Virus record (IMG/VR): IMGVR_UViG_3300034073_002120
Length of the DNA stretch: 64,000 nucleotides
Direction: 5' to 3' (one strand)
Origin: a virus
Lineage: Duplodnaviria; Caudoviricetes
Below are positions 37,489 to 46,962 of this stretch, piece by piece. The position numbers and the translations under genes were made by a program. Every line of letters starts with the position of its first letter. Position 1 is the first letter of the stretch. Below the pieces are notes generated by a model. It ran no database searches and was not told where the DNA came from. It was given only the letters and a program-made list of their open reading frames with translations.

Positions 37489-38620
37489 TTTCTATTGTTT
37501 TTAATATTTTATCTAAACTATCAATTTCCATCGAATCAAATAGTTGTTTATTATATATACATATATGTTTTACATTTTTATATAATTCATTTAACTCTTC
37601 GATTGGTTTTGAATTAAATTCTTTTACAATTTTCAATATACTGAAAAATCGTTCTTTAGGGTCTACAATCAAATCATAACTTTCATCCCAAAATTCATTA
37701 AATGTTTTAAATCCATATGAACGTAATTTTTCTAAATATCCATATGGTCCAAATACAATAAATGGTTGGTAGTTAATTATAGGTTTTAATATTTTCTCTG
37801 AAATAAATAATTCATTTAAATCATAAGATGTTTCGGTTACTAAATGTATACAAGAATTTAAAAATAATTCTTTTTTAAATGTATTGGTTACACTAAAATT
37901 AGATTTATCTTTTATGTTGAATGTATCTAATTCAATTGGTAAGTGTTTATTAAAAAATTCAATTGGTATTTTTTTATCATCTAACTGGTATATTAATGAA
38001 TATCCTTCGGTTTTCAATAAAAATGTAAAATATGAATCTGAATAATCGTTTGTAAGATATTCATAAAATAATGATATTCTATGAGGTTTATCGTTATTAC
38101 GATTAAAACATAAAAATTTTTTATTCCTAAATACGTCTAATTCAGATATTTCAATTTCTTCACTAACATATCCTAACGAATTTTTATCACTAATAAAATT
38201 ATCGTTTTTATGCCAAATAGCTTCTTCTAAGAAAAAATCAAAAGTAAATATATTAGGTAAACGAGTATTACTATCTAATAAATAATATTTGTTTTTTGGT
38301 AATTTTGTTTGAATATAATCATATCCAAGTTCAAATGTGGGTTCATTGCATGGGTCTGGCATGCTTGTAAACAACATTTTTACATCATTTGTTTTTATGT
38401 AATCAAATATACTATCTGGTATATGTAATAAACTTTCAAATTTATGATTTGATTCTATTAATAATATATTTTTTTTGGTTTCATCCAACTTACCATCTAA
38501 AGTATAAGAGTATTTTTTTTCTATAATATAATTAAAAATTGGGCCTTGTTGTGAGTAACGCTCATCTCCATTATAATCTAATGAATTTTTTAAAAATACA
38601 AAATTTAAATTGTCGTTCAT
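37478..38620 (-). CDS. Putative glycosyltransferase, paralog 2
   Basis: FLCFNRNNDKPHR, IHLVTET...FISEKILKPIINYQPF and GFKTFNEFWDESYD. Confidence 0.55.
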   Translation of the reverse strand: MNDNLNFVFLKNSLDYNGDERYSQQGPIFNYIIEKKYSYTLDGKLDETKKNILLIESNHKFESLLHIPDSIFDYIKTNDVKMLFTSMPDPCNEPTFELGYDYIQTKLPKNKYYLLDSNTRLPNIFTFDFFLEEAIWHKNDNFISDKNSLGYVSEEIEISELDVFRNKKFLCFNRNNDKPHRISLFYEYLTNDYSDSYFTFLLKTEGYSLIYQLDDKKIPIEFFNKHLPIELDTFNIKDKSNFSVTNTFKKELFLNSCIHLVTETSYDLNELFISEKILKPIINYQPFIVFGPYGYLEKLRSYGFKTFNEFWDESYDLIVDPKERFFSILKIVKEFNSKPIEELNELYKNVKHICIYNKQLFDSMEIDSLDKILKTIENEW

Positions 38621-39576
38621 TATCTTCTGTCTATTTTTTTTGTACTATTTCTAACAAATTTATTTTCATGTTTAAAACTATCAAATAATGATTCATTTTG
38701 AACATATCCCTTTTCACACATCTTATCAAACATAAAATCACCAAATTCTATTTGTGGAGAATATAAGTGTAGGAGTGAAATATTTAGTTTTATATATTGT
38801 TTTATTCCATCTATTATAGATTGTTTATCTCTAAAATCTGATTCAGTAATTTCCCAATCAGCATTAATAAATTTACCATTCACTAAATCAATATATGTTC
38901 CAACTTTATCTACAAAAATAGATTCAAAAAATATTATATTATCTTTAAATGTTGATTCATAAAATGGATATAATCCTTTTGCATCTTCTATTGGTAAATT
39001 ACCCTTATATGTAAAATATCTTCCTTTGAATTTATAACCATAAACCTTTTCCAAATAATATTGTGTTGTTCCTTGAAATCCACTATCTACCATTATGATA
39101 TTTTTCGCAGAACCAATTACATCATCTATATATTTTTTATACTCAATTCTAAGTTCATTTGATTTGATAATAATCGTTTCAATCCATTCACTTAAATTCG
39201 GTAATTCCTTTGTTGTATCAATCCACTGTTTTGTAGTGTTTACTTTTACACCAAATCTATCAAATAATAAATCATTAATATCACCCTCATACCTATGTAG
39301 TTTAAATGAAGCATATATTTCAGTTTCCGTTGTAAATGAAATCATCGATGCTAATTTACGAGAAGTTTTGAAATATACACTCTTTGGTAAATCGTATTTA
39401 TCTCTATAAATTTCCCAAATATCTTTTAGAAAATATCCTTCTCGTGAATTAAATAAAACTAAATCGACATCATTTAGATTATCAATTAACCATTTAAAGT
39501 AATTGAATACCAAAGGGCCAATATATGTTGAACCTAATTCTTCTAATGTTTGAGGATTTCTATTAATCAATAACAT
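38620..39576 (-). CDS. Protein resembling the C-terminal region of HAD-superfamily capsule-cluster proteins
   Basis: GPLVFNY..WL, LFNSREGYFL, SRKLA and MVDSGFQGTTQ. Confidence 0.55.
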   Translation of the reverse strand: MLLINRNPQTLEELGSTYIGPLVFNYFKWLIDNLNDVDLVLFNSREGYFLKDIWEIYRDKYDLPKSVYFKTSRKLASMISFTTETEIYASFKLHRYEGDINDLLFDRFGVKVNTTKQWIDTTKELPNLSEWIETIIIKSNELRIEYKKYIDDVIGSAKNIIMVDSGFQGTTQYYLEKVYGYKFKGRYFTYKGNLPIEDAKGLYPFYESTFKDNIIFFESIFVDKVGTYIDLVNGKFINADWEITESDFRDKQSIIDGIKQYIKLNISLLHLYSPQIEFGDFMFDKMCEKGYVQNESLFDSFKHENKFVRNSTKKIDRR

Positions 39577-40003
39577 AAACTTTAAAACAAGGTATTCCTA
39601 ATTCAACCCACATATCGATTATTCGTTGGTCATCATCGTATGCACAAAATACATCTGATTTAATGTGCGTTTTATACATCTTCTTTTTGTAGATTGGTGC
39701 TTTTAAAAAATTATCTTCCCAACTTCGCATAATTAATTGGTCATATTCTATATCATATTTTTTTAACCATTCAATCGTAACTCCTCTAACTGACTCCGGT
39801 CGACCTGTAAGTAGTATAACCTCAAAACCATCTTTCTTATATCTTTTTGCTAAATCAATCATAGGATAAAATGGGTCATCCATCAAAATATTATTAGGAA
39901 TATGTGCTGCTTCCCAATCTATTTTTCCATTTGGCATTGTTGCTAGAGCAAATCGTATGTTACTATTACATAATGTATTATCTATATCAATTATTACTTT
40001 CAT
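39563..40003 (-). CDS. HAD phosphatase (PNK 3'-phosphatase-like domain)
   Basis: IIDIDNTL (DxDxT), LLTGRPE and AYDDD. Confidence 0.8.
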   Translation of the reverse strand: MKVIIDIDNTLCNSNIRFALATMPNGKIDWEAAHIPNNILMDDPFYPMIDLAKRYKKDGFEVILLTGRPESVRGVTIEWLKKYDIEYDQLIMRSWEDNFLKAPIYKKKMYKTHIKSDVFCAYDDDQRIIDMWVELGIPCFKVYVID

Positions 40004-41205
40004 AAATCTCGTATTCCCTGTTTTTCATACCCAACTGGTATTTTAATTCCAGTATTACACCCATTACAATTATCACAAAATGTAATATATCCTAAATTTG
40101 TATATCCCAAATCAAACTTTAATAATTCCTCTTTTGAAATTTTGTTTATATCCACATAATCATTTTCACTTAATGGAAATAACTTTGTTCTAACGGCCGA
40201 AGTGTTTAGATGACAATAATAAAACTTACCATCGTTCAATCCTCTAAATGGTGCGGTGCATGAATCAAAGTGTTTTATCAATTTATCAGTTGGTAAGTTT
40301 TTCTTAACTCTCAAATCACCAAAATCATACCATTCAATTTGGTTTCTAACATAATGATTAATATTGTTTTCTTTATATGAATCCAATACTTTTACAACCT
40401 TTTTCTTTATATGGTCTAACTTATCACTATAATCACTAACACTCAAAATAACATCATTATCTTTTAACAATTGAATGATACTATCTTTTGGTAAAATTGT
40501 GCCGTTTGTAGTGATTATTAGTTTATCAATTTTAGTTATGTAGTTTTCTAATAGGTGTTTAATTACATTTTCTATATTTGGATACAAAAATGGTTCTCCA
40601 CCAACTAAATGAAATACACTTACATAATCTACAATTTTAAAATAAGAATCTATATCAGAAATTATAGTGTCCAACTCTCTATGAATTGGAAATTCGTAAT
40701 GTGGCATGAACATATTGCAATGAGAACAATTCAAACTACACTTTTCAGTAACCAACATATCGGATTGAAATATATGAACTATATTTTTATGTTTATATGG
40801 CCAAATTGAAGCTATATTCTTATACCAAGTCCATTTTACACCATTTTCTTCTAAAAATTGTTTATATTTTTGTTTATAAACATCGGTTGTTATAATAACT
40901 TGCGTATTTGATGTAATTTCGAAATCATCTATGTGAATTAGTTGAATATTCTCTCTTTTTATCTCAATATTTTTTGATTGGTGATAAAATGAACTGATTT
41001 CGTTGATGTTATTTAACGTAGTTTGATTTTTTACATCATGGTCAACTATATATTTGATTTTTAATACGTTTTCGCCTAATAGTAAATCAATAGTTCTGAT
41101 GAATTGAATGCATTCTTTACTTGCACCAAATAAAACATATTCAGTATCTAAGTTCCAATCTGAAATGAACTTATCAAAACTATGTAACTCATCATTATAT
41201 AACAT
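40000..41205 (-). CDS. Radical SAM protein with N-terminal Rossmann-like domain
   Basis: CSLNCSHC, LVGGEPFL, ITTNGT and C-terminal Cys cluster C...C..C..C. N-terminal YVLFGAS. Confidence 0.85.
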   Translation of the reverse strand: MLYNDELHSFDKFISDWNLDTEYVLFGASKECIQFIRTIDLLLGENVLKIKYIVDHDVKNQTTLNNINEISSFYHQSKNIEIKRENIQLIHIDDFEITSNTQVIITTDVYKQKYKQFLEENGVKWTWYKNIASIWPYKHKNIVHIFQSDMLVTEKCSLNCSHCNMFMPHYEFPIHRELDTIISDIDSYFKIVDYVSVFHLVGGEPFLYPNIENVIKHLLENYITKIDKLIITTNGTILPKDSIIQLLKDNDVILSVSDYSDKLDHIKKKVVKVLDSYKENNINHYVRNQIEWYDFGDLRVKKNLPTDKLIKHFDSCTAPFRGLNDGKFYYCHLNTSAVRTKLFPLSENDYVDINKISKEELLKFDLGYTNLGYITFCDNCNGCNTGIKIPVGYEKQGIRDL

Positions 41206-41209
41206 ATTG

Positions 41210-41848
41210 TTAAAATACTACCCATTTTCCAGTTCCGTAGTGTGGATATTTTGATTTATATTGATAATAAATCACATCTTCAGGTATTTCTCTTTGAATT
41301 CCACCCCACGTATCCAAAGTTGGAGTATTTGTTGAAACACCATTATCTTCTACAACAAAATATAGTGGTAAATTATTATTTCTAGCGTATTTATGAACCT
41401 CATAAAAGATTCCGGTCTCAAAAGTCATATCACCGATGAAACACCACACTTTTTTATCTTCACCTTTTAACTTAATTGATTCAGCAACACCCAATGCAAT
41501 AGGTAAAATACCTGTTACAATTGCCGATGAATAAAAATTACACTTTTTGTTTACAATAGTGATACTTTTTCCATCCAAAATTTCGCCCATCAACCAACTT
41601 CTATCAATTCCATGCAACAAAGCATGGTAATGTGACCTCCAGGTCGAAAATACCCAGTCATCTACACCTACTTTTTTGAAAATTTCAATAAGTTGTTCTT
41701 CATTTCCGTTTGATAAGTGTATTGGGCCTCGGATTTTTCCACTTTCCCAATGCTTTATAACATCATCTTCGAACTGAATTAGGTCTTCAGGTGTTAAATT
41801 TCCATCTACCCATCTATCTTCGTGATAATTTAAGTTTTTAATTTCCAT
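41210..41848 (-). CDS. TPP-dependent enzyme alpha-like subunit (short E1-alpha-like)
   Basis: GPIHLS.GNEEQL, STWRSHYHAL, and TPP motif variant FIGDM...(x26)...VVEDNG. Confidence 0.85.
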   Translation of the reverse strand: MEIKNLNYHEDRWVDGNLTPEDLIQFEDDVIKHWESGKIRGPIHLSNGNEEQLIEIFKKVGVDDWVFSTWRSHYHALLHGIDRSWLMGEILDGKSITIVNKKCNFYSSAIVTGILPIALGVAESIKLKGEDKKVWCFIGDMTFETGIFYEVHKYARNNNLPLYFVVEDNGVSTNTPTLDTWGGIQREIPEDVIYYQYKSKYPHYGTGKWVVF

Positions 41849-42422
41849 TTCTATCCCTTTTTGATAATATTGGTTGTGCTACAGGCCACTCCACATTAAA
41901 TCTTTTATCGTTAAATACTATTGTCTTTTGCTTGTTCTCATCATTATACTCACCATCATACGCCATCTTATAAAAAAAGATAGAATCATCTTCCATCACA
42001 TAGTGGCCATTGGCAAACATAGGTGGAATTAAGACTTGTGTTGCGGTTTCCGGCGAAATTATAAAAGATTCCCATTTACCATAGGTTGGGGATTTAGGAC
42101 GAACATCCATAACTACCAAATATATCTTTCCTTGTAAACAACTTACCAATTTCCAAGTCTTCTCATCGTAATGCATTCCTCTCAATACCCCAATCTTTGA
42201 TTTTGAGTATCTATCATGTTTAAATTGTAACCCATTATTGCGTTCAGCGGCGGGCAACAATCTATCATAATAATCTGCATGATAAGTTGTAGAGATTGAA
42301 CCACGATATTCGTAATATGTGGATGGTTGTACGATTTTAACCTCTGGTAAAACCGAACCATTATAATAGTGGAAATCGTTCCAACTTCTCTCTTTGTAAA
42401 ATATACTACGTCCTTGTGCCAT
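41838..42422 (-). CDS. rfbC: dTDP-4-dehydrorhamnose 3,5-epimerase-like cupin
   Basis: GVLRGMHY, KLVSCLQGKIYLVVMDVR..SPTYGKW and LIPPMFANGH. Confidence 0.85.
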   Translation of the reverse strand: MAQGRSIFYKERSWNDFHYYNGSVLPEVKIVQPSTYYEYRGSISTTYHADYYDRLLPAAERNNGLQFKHDRYSKSKIGVLRGMHYDEKTWKLVSCLQGKIYLVVMDVRPKSPTYGKWESFIISPETATQVLIPPMFANGHYVMEDDSIFFYKMAYDGEYNDENKQKTIVFNDKRFNVEWPVAQPILSKRDRNGN

Positions 42423-43371
42423 AACCTAATGGAAATCCATTCCTATATTTTGATGATAAATCTTGTATTAAAATTGTATAAGTTTTTATAAGTTCTTCAA
42501 TACCATCTTCCAAACTCCAATCTGGTTTCCAACCAGTATCTTCTATTTTTTTATTCGAAACTACATAATCTCTTTTATCGGGGTCTTCATAAAAATCTGA
42601 ATATGTAATTGCAAAGTTTGGTACAAATTCTTTAATTTTTTCTACCAATTGTTGTTTAGTTAAATTAGCGTTTGATAGACCTACATTAAATACTTCACCA
42701 CTAAAATTATCATAATTATTTATCATATATTCAAATGTTTTAGCAACATCTCTAATATGAATGTAATTACGAGTAAAATTTTTCTCAAAAATAGTAATGT
42801 ATTTATCAGTTAGTGCTTTGTAAACAAATTCGTTTACTAATAAATCCATTCTCATTCTAGGAGATGAACCAAAGACGGTAGCAAGTCTTATTGAAATACC
42901 ACCAATTGCAAGAACCTCTCTTTCTGCTTTAACTTTGGTCACTCCATAGTGGGAAATTGGGTTGAGTGGACTTTCTTCGGTACACTCACCATTCTCTCCT
43001 ATCCCATATCCACTATTTGTGTTTGGATATATAACTTTTGTTCTTGTATTTTTTGCTAACTCACAAACTTTTCTAACGTGTTCGTAATTTACTGCAGTTG
43101 CAAGGTCTTTATCTCTATCACATGCAGGAAATCCTACAATTGCTGCTAAGGGGATTACAACATCAAATGTAGTAACTAAATCTTCTAACAATTTATGATT
43201 TCTAACATCACCATAAATAAAATTAAATCGTTTGTTATGTGAGTAATGAATTAAAGATGTTTGATTATACATCAAATTATCTAATATAGTAACACTATAA
43301 CCATTATTCAACAATCGCTCAGTCAAAACCGAACCTAAGTATCCTGCACCTCCTGTAATTAAAACTCTCAT
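42406..43371 (-). CDS. NAD-dependent epimerase/dehydratase (extended SDR)
   Basis: ITGGAGYLGS, LAAIVG, YGVTK and RLATVFG.SPRMR.DLLVN. Confidence 0.9.
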   Translation of the reverse strand: MRVLITGGAGYLGSVLTERLLNNGYSVTILDNLMYNQTSLIHYSHNKRFNFIYGDVRNHKLLEDLVTTFDVVIPLAAIVGFPACDRDKDLATAVNYEHVRKVCELAKNTRTKVIYPNTNSGYGIGENGECTEESPLNPISHYGVTKVKAEREVLAIGGISIRLATVFGSSPRMRMDLLVNEFVYKALTDKYITIFEKNFTRNYIHIRDVAKTFEYMINNYDNFSGEVFNVGLSNANLTKQQLVEKIKEFVPNFAITYSDFYEDPDKRDYVVSNKKIEDTGWKPDWSLEDGIEELIKTYTILIQDLSSKYRNGFPLGYGTRT

Positions 43372-43372
43372 A

Positions 43373-44788
43373 TTAATTTAAATTTTCTAATAATATTTTT
43401 TGTGTTCTATTTGTTGTATAAAATGAATGTAATAATTTTTTATTGTGAATCAAAACAGATTCCATATTTTTTATCATTTCAATCATTTCTGATTGTGTTT
43501 TATTACAAAGTTTTTTTACCTCTATGATTATCATATCACAGCGTTTTTTGTAATTTTTTTCAGAATCATAACTTTCATCCCAAAAATCACTAAACGTTTT
43601 AAAACCTAATGATTTTAAATATCTTAATGTGTTTGGATTACCTACAACAAAAAATGGATGAAGATTCATTATTGGTTTCATAGTTTTTTCAGTAATAAAA
43701 AGATATTGAGATTCTGCATTAGTTTCACCTACAATTGTAAAAAAAGTTTCCTCATATTCTTTATTTCTACTTAAAAAATTATGAAACCAAGCTATTTTTT
43801 CACCGTCTTCTTCATCTATATTTAATGGGTAATAATTTGTATAAGTAGTTCTAAGTTTATTGAAATCACCCTCATTCAAATCTATCTCATCTGCAGAACC
43901 AGCAAGTTCGTTCATTCTATCTTCAAATTCATCATTTTTAATAAGAGAAACATATCCATTATTTAATAAATTTTCTTCCCATAATTTCATTACAAAATAT
44001 GGACGATGTAACCTCGATGTATTTCTATTATACATTAAGAAATATTTTGGTTTTTCTTCAAATTTTAATTCAGTTTGTAATGAGTAAACATACTCCTCTG
44101 AAAGTATTTGATTATTTTTTGCTGCACGAATTTCTGATATAAATTTGCCTGAATCATTAATGTATTGGTCGTTTATAAAACGTTTTATTCTATTTGTATT
44201 ATATGGATTAATTTTATTATTATCCATTTCCATCAATAGTACATTATTACCACTAACAAATACTTTACCATCGTCATTTATTTCGTATTTATCCAAAAAT
44301 GAATTAATATTTTGAAATAAATTGTAACTATGTTCGTATGAACCTTCCCAAATATCAATAAAAAGAATTTTAAAATTTTTATTTTCTTTGAATAACTTAA
44401 TTAGTTTAGGCGATAACATATTATCTAAACTATTATATTCTGTTCCATAATATTCAAACAATACTTGATTAGCAAATGATTCAAAACATATTACATATAA
44501 GTCGTTTTCATTTATAGTTTCATCAGTTAGCTCGGTCGTTAATATTGTATCAATTGTTTTTCCACGTTCTAATAGTTTAGTTTGATATGATATTGGAAAC
44601 GATTTATATTCGGTAGGATTATCCATATTTGTTATAAACACCACATCCTTTTCATCACATATCGTATCTATATGAGATAAGCAATTATATGGAAATGAAT
44701 ATTTGTTATACCCTAATGGTAAAATACCATTTGGTGTTTTAAACTCATATACAAAATGAATATTTTTTTTTAATTCTCGGTCATCCAT
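43373..44788 (-). CDS. Putative glycosyltransferase, paralog 3
   Basis: FLMYNRNTSRLHR, FFTIVGET...FITEKTMKPIMNLHPF and GFKTFSDFWDESYD. Confidence 0.55.
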   Translation of the reverse strand: MDDRELKKNIHFVYEFKTPNGILPLGYNKYSFPYNCLSHIDTICDEKDVVFITNMDNPTEYKSFPISYQTKLLERGKTIDTILTTELTDETINENDLYVICFESFANQVLFEYYGTEYNSLDNMLSPKLIKLFKENKNFKILFIDIWEGSYEHSYNLFQNINSFLDKYEINDDGKVFVSGNNVLLMEMDNNKINPYNTNRIKRFINDQYINDSGKFISEIRAAKNNQILSEEYVYSLQTELKFEEKPKYFLMYNRNTSRLHRPYFVMKLWEENLLNNGYVSLIKNDEFEDRMNELAGSADEIDLNEGDFNKLRTTYTNYYPLNIDEEDGEKIAWFHNFLSRNKEYEETFFTIVGETNAESQYLFITEKTMKPIMNLHPFFVVGNPNTLRYLKSLGFKTFSDFWDESYDSEKNYKKRCDMIIIEVKKLCNKTQSEMIEMIKNMESVLIHNKKLLHSFYTTNRTQKILLENLN

Positions 44789-45507
44789 CGTTTATCATAA
44801 TTTATTAAGTTATTACCATTTTTAGTAATATCTAAAACTTTATATGGAGTTAATTTTTCAAAATTGTAAACAGCAACTGGTCTGTCTGATTTTTCCCATT
44901 TTCCATCAAAAGCTCTTTTAATATCTTTAGAATCCATATATGTTTGAAACACTCCACAAAATGATATATCTCCTTTGAAATAATGTCTATGTTCTTCTGG
45001 ACAACTATCTAATGGATTTGCAACACCTACCCACAACCAAGATGATGAATAATCTGCTAAATCATATATGAATTCTTGACTTATTTCAAAATCATTTGCA
45101 CTAAGTTTAAATAATTTTTTAGTTAAATTAAATGAAATAGAAATATCCATATAATCGTTAGAAATATCAGTTTCTGCATTTAATGGTAATAAAATTTGTT
45201 CGTATGTGGCGTTTTCCGAAGGTTCACCGATGATTTCAGTATCGTTACGTTTTTCTGTCCAACACATTCCTTTCAATATTCGATAATTATTACCTGTTTT
45301 TGCTATTGATATTCCTAAATGTTTTCCATTTTTTATCATAATACCAACCTCTTGCGTTTTAGTATTAGGTATTAAAAAATCCCAATCAACTTTTACTCTC
45401 ACTAAAAAAGTAAAATCACCAAGATGTAAATCGTTTGAATTGACTCTACTTAGACCATATTTACTTGTAGGTGGTATAAACCACGCATCATTTCCGTTGA
45501 ATATCAT
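44770..45507 (-). CDS. Stand-alone LamG/concanavalin-A-like domain protein
   Basis: FTFLVRVK, WLWVGVAN...FKGDIS..GVF and YNFEK. It resembles the inserts of the two GT7-like genes. Confidence 0.55.
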   Translation of the reverse strand: MIFNGNDAWFIPPTSKYGLSRVNSNDLHLGDFTFLVRVKVDWDFLIPNTKTQEVGIMIKNGKHLGISIAKTGNNYRILKGMCWTEKRNDTEIIGEPSENATYEQILLPLNAETDISNDYMDISISFNLTKKLFKLSANDFEISQEFIYDLADYSSSWLWVGVANPLDSCPEEHRHYFKGDISFCGVFQTYMDSKDIKRAFDGKWEKSDRPVAVYNFEKLTPYKVLDITKNGNNLINYDKRWMTEN

Positions 45508-46937
45508 AATTTAATTGTTTTGGTAAATTCATAAAAATCTGCTAATTCTGGAAATGTTTTTTTAAAATCAGTTCCTCTACGTCTATCGTGTTCTTCAAAG
45601 TATTTACCAAAATTATATCTTTGCTCAAATAATTTTTTATCATCTACAGGTGACACCATCCAATCATAAGTTCTTTTTATTTTTTGAATTTCAATATCAG
45701 AATAACCAATATATTTATGGTCAAAAAGTGGAACTCCTAAAAAATCTGCTTGCTGTGCTTGTTGATAAATTAGGTGTGCGAAATCATATGGTAATACTTG
45801 AACTGTTTGATGTGTTGGATATCGCAAATACGATGTATCTAAAAATACTGCAGAATTCCAATACCTATCATTCGAACCATATTTATGTTTTAAATCATAA
45901 ACACCATCGATTAATTTATGATAATTTGGCACTGATAATGCATTATATGTAACCATAAAAGTAAGATTTACTCTTGGACACTTTTCTAATACTTTATTTA
46001 CATTATCCCAAAAACGATTAAATTCGAGTCCGTTACGAATATATTCTGCTTGTTCCCCCCAACTATCACATGATGTAAATATGATAAATTCTCTAACTTT
46101 ATTGTCATCACAAATTTTGTTTATTTTATCAATAAATTTATCAACCAATTTATCTGGTACACCTAAATTTGAATTTATGGCAAGATTAAGTTGTCTATTA
46201 GGGTCTTTATGTTCTATAATATAATCTAACACATCCCATGTATCTTTACTCATTAATGGTTCACCGCCGGTAATTCTAAACGTGTGTAAATCTTTATATA
46301 ATTCCGGCCACCATTTCCAAAATGCATCTACATATGGATTATAATCCGAATGTTTTATTGGCATTTTATTTTCTACTGCATTATGTTCTAATGAATTAAA
46401 TTTATCAGTTGTTGGATATGAACCAAATTGTTCTATTTCTTCCATCCAACGAGATGAAAACGCAGGTGCACAATAAGAACACTTAAAATTACAAGCATTT
46501 GAGAATGCTACTTCTACATATTTTGGATTATAGTCATCTCTCCAATTTGTTTGTTTAATCTCATCCATAAAAGGATATGACCAACTCTCTGCAGATTTAA
46601 ATGTTCTATCAGAAAAACGGTCTGAATTATCTTCTACTCCCCAACAATAATCACATTCAGATGGTCGTTCACCTTCTAACATTTCTTTTCTTCTTCTCTT
46701 TTTATATTGAGTATTATGAAGAGCAGATGGATTACGTTCAATTTCTTTAGTAGGTATTGGATGAGTACGAGGGTGGTGACATGAATGTGTATGACCCAAT
46801 TGTAAGTGTAATGTAGTCTGTGTCCATTTAGCTAAACACATACCATTCCCTTGTGCGTTTAATTCATTTCTAACACCAACGTAAAATGGATTTTCACCGG
46901 TGAGAGTTTTCTTAAGGTCTTCCTTTTCTTCTGCCAT
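45504..46937 (-). CDS. Radical SAM protein with N-terminal twitch/SPASM-like Cys region
   Basis: CLAKW...HSCHHP, C..CW, FSNACNFKCSYC and ITGGEPLM. Confidence 0.9.
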   Translation of the reverse strand: MAEEKEDLKKTLTGENPFYVGVRNELNAQGNGMCLAKWTQTTLHLQLGHTHSCHHPRTHPIPTKEIERNPSALHNTQYKKRRRKEMLEGERPSECDYCWGVEDNSDRFSDRTFKSAESWSYPFMDEIKQTNWRDDYNPKYVEVAFSNACNFKCSYCAPAFSSRWMEEIEQFGSYPTTDKFNSLEHNAVENKMPIKHSDYNPYVDAFWKWWPELYKDLHTFRITGGEPLMSKDTWDVLDYIIEHKDPNRQLNLAINSNLGVPDKLVDKFIDKINKICDDNKVREFIIFTSCDSWGEQAEYIRNGLEFNRFWDNVNKVLEKCPRVNLTFMVTYNALSVPNYHKLIDGVYDLKHKYGSNDRYWNSAVFLDTSYLRYPTHQTVQVLPYDFAHLIYQQAQQADFLGVPLFDHKYIGYSDIEIQKIKRTYDWMVSPVDDKKLFEQRYNFGKYFEEHDRRRGTDFKKTFPELADFYEFTKTIKL

Positions 46938-46962
46938 AACTTAGTTTATATATGTATATATA

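Noticed and set aside
34972-41848. TPP genes as a pyruvate dehydrogenase auxiliary metabolic gene
   Set aside because: Both subunits are truncated relative to E1, no E2/E3 genes are present, and the context is nucleotide-sugar genes.
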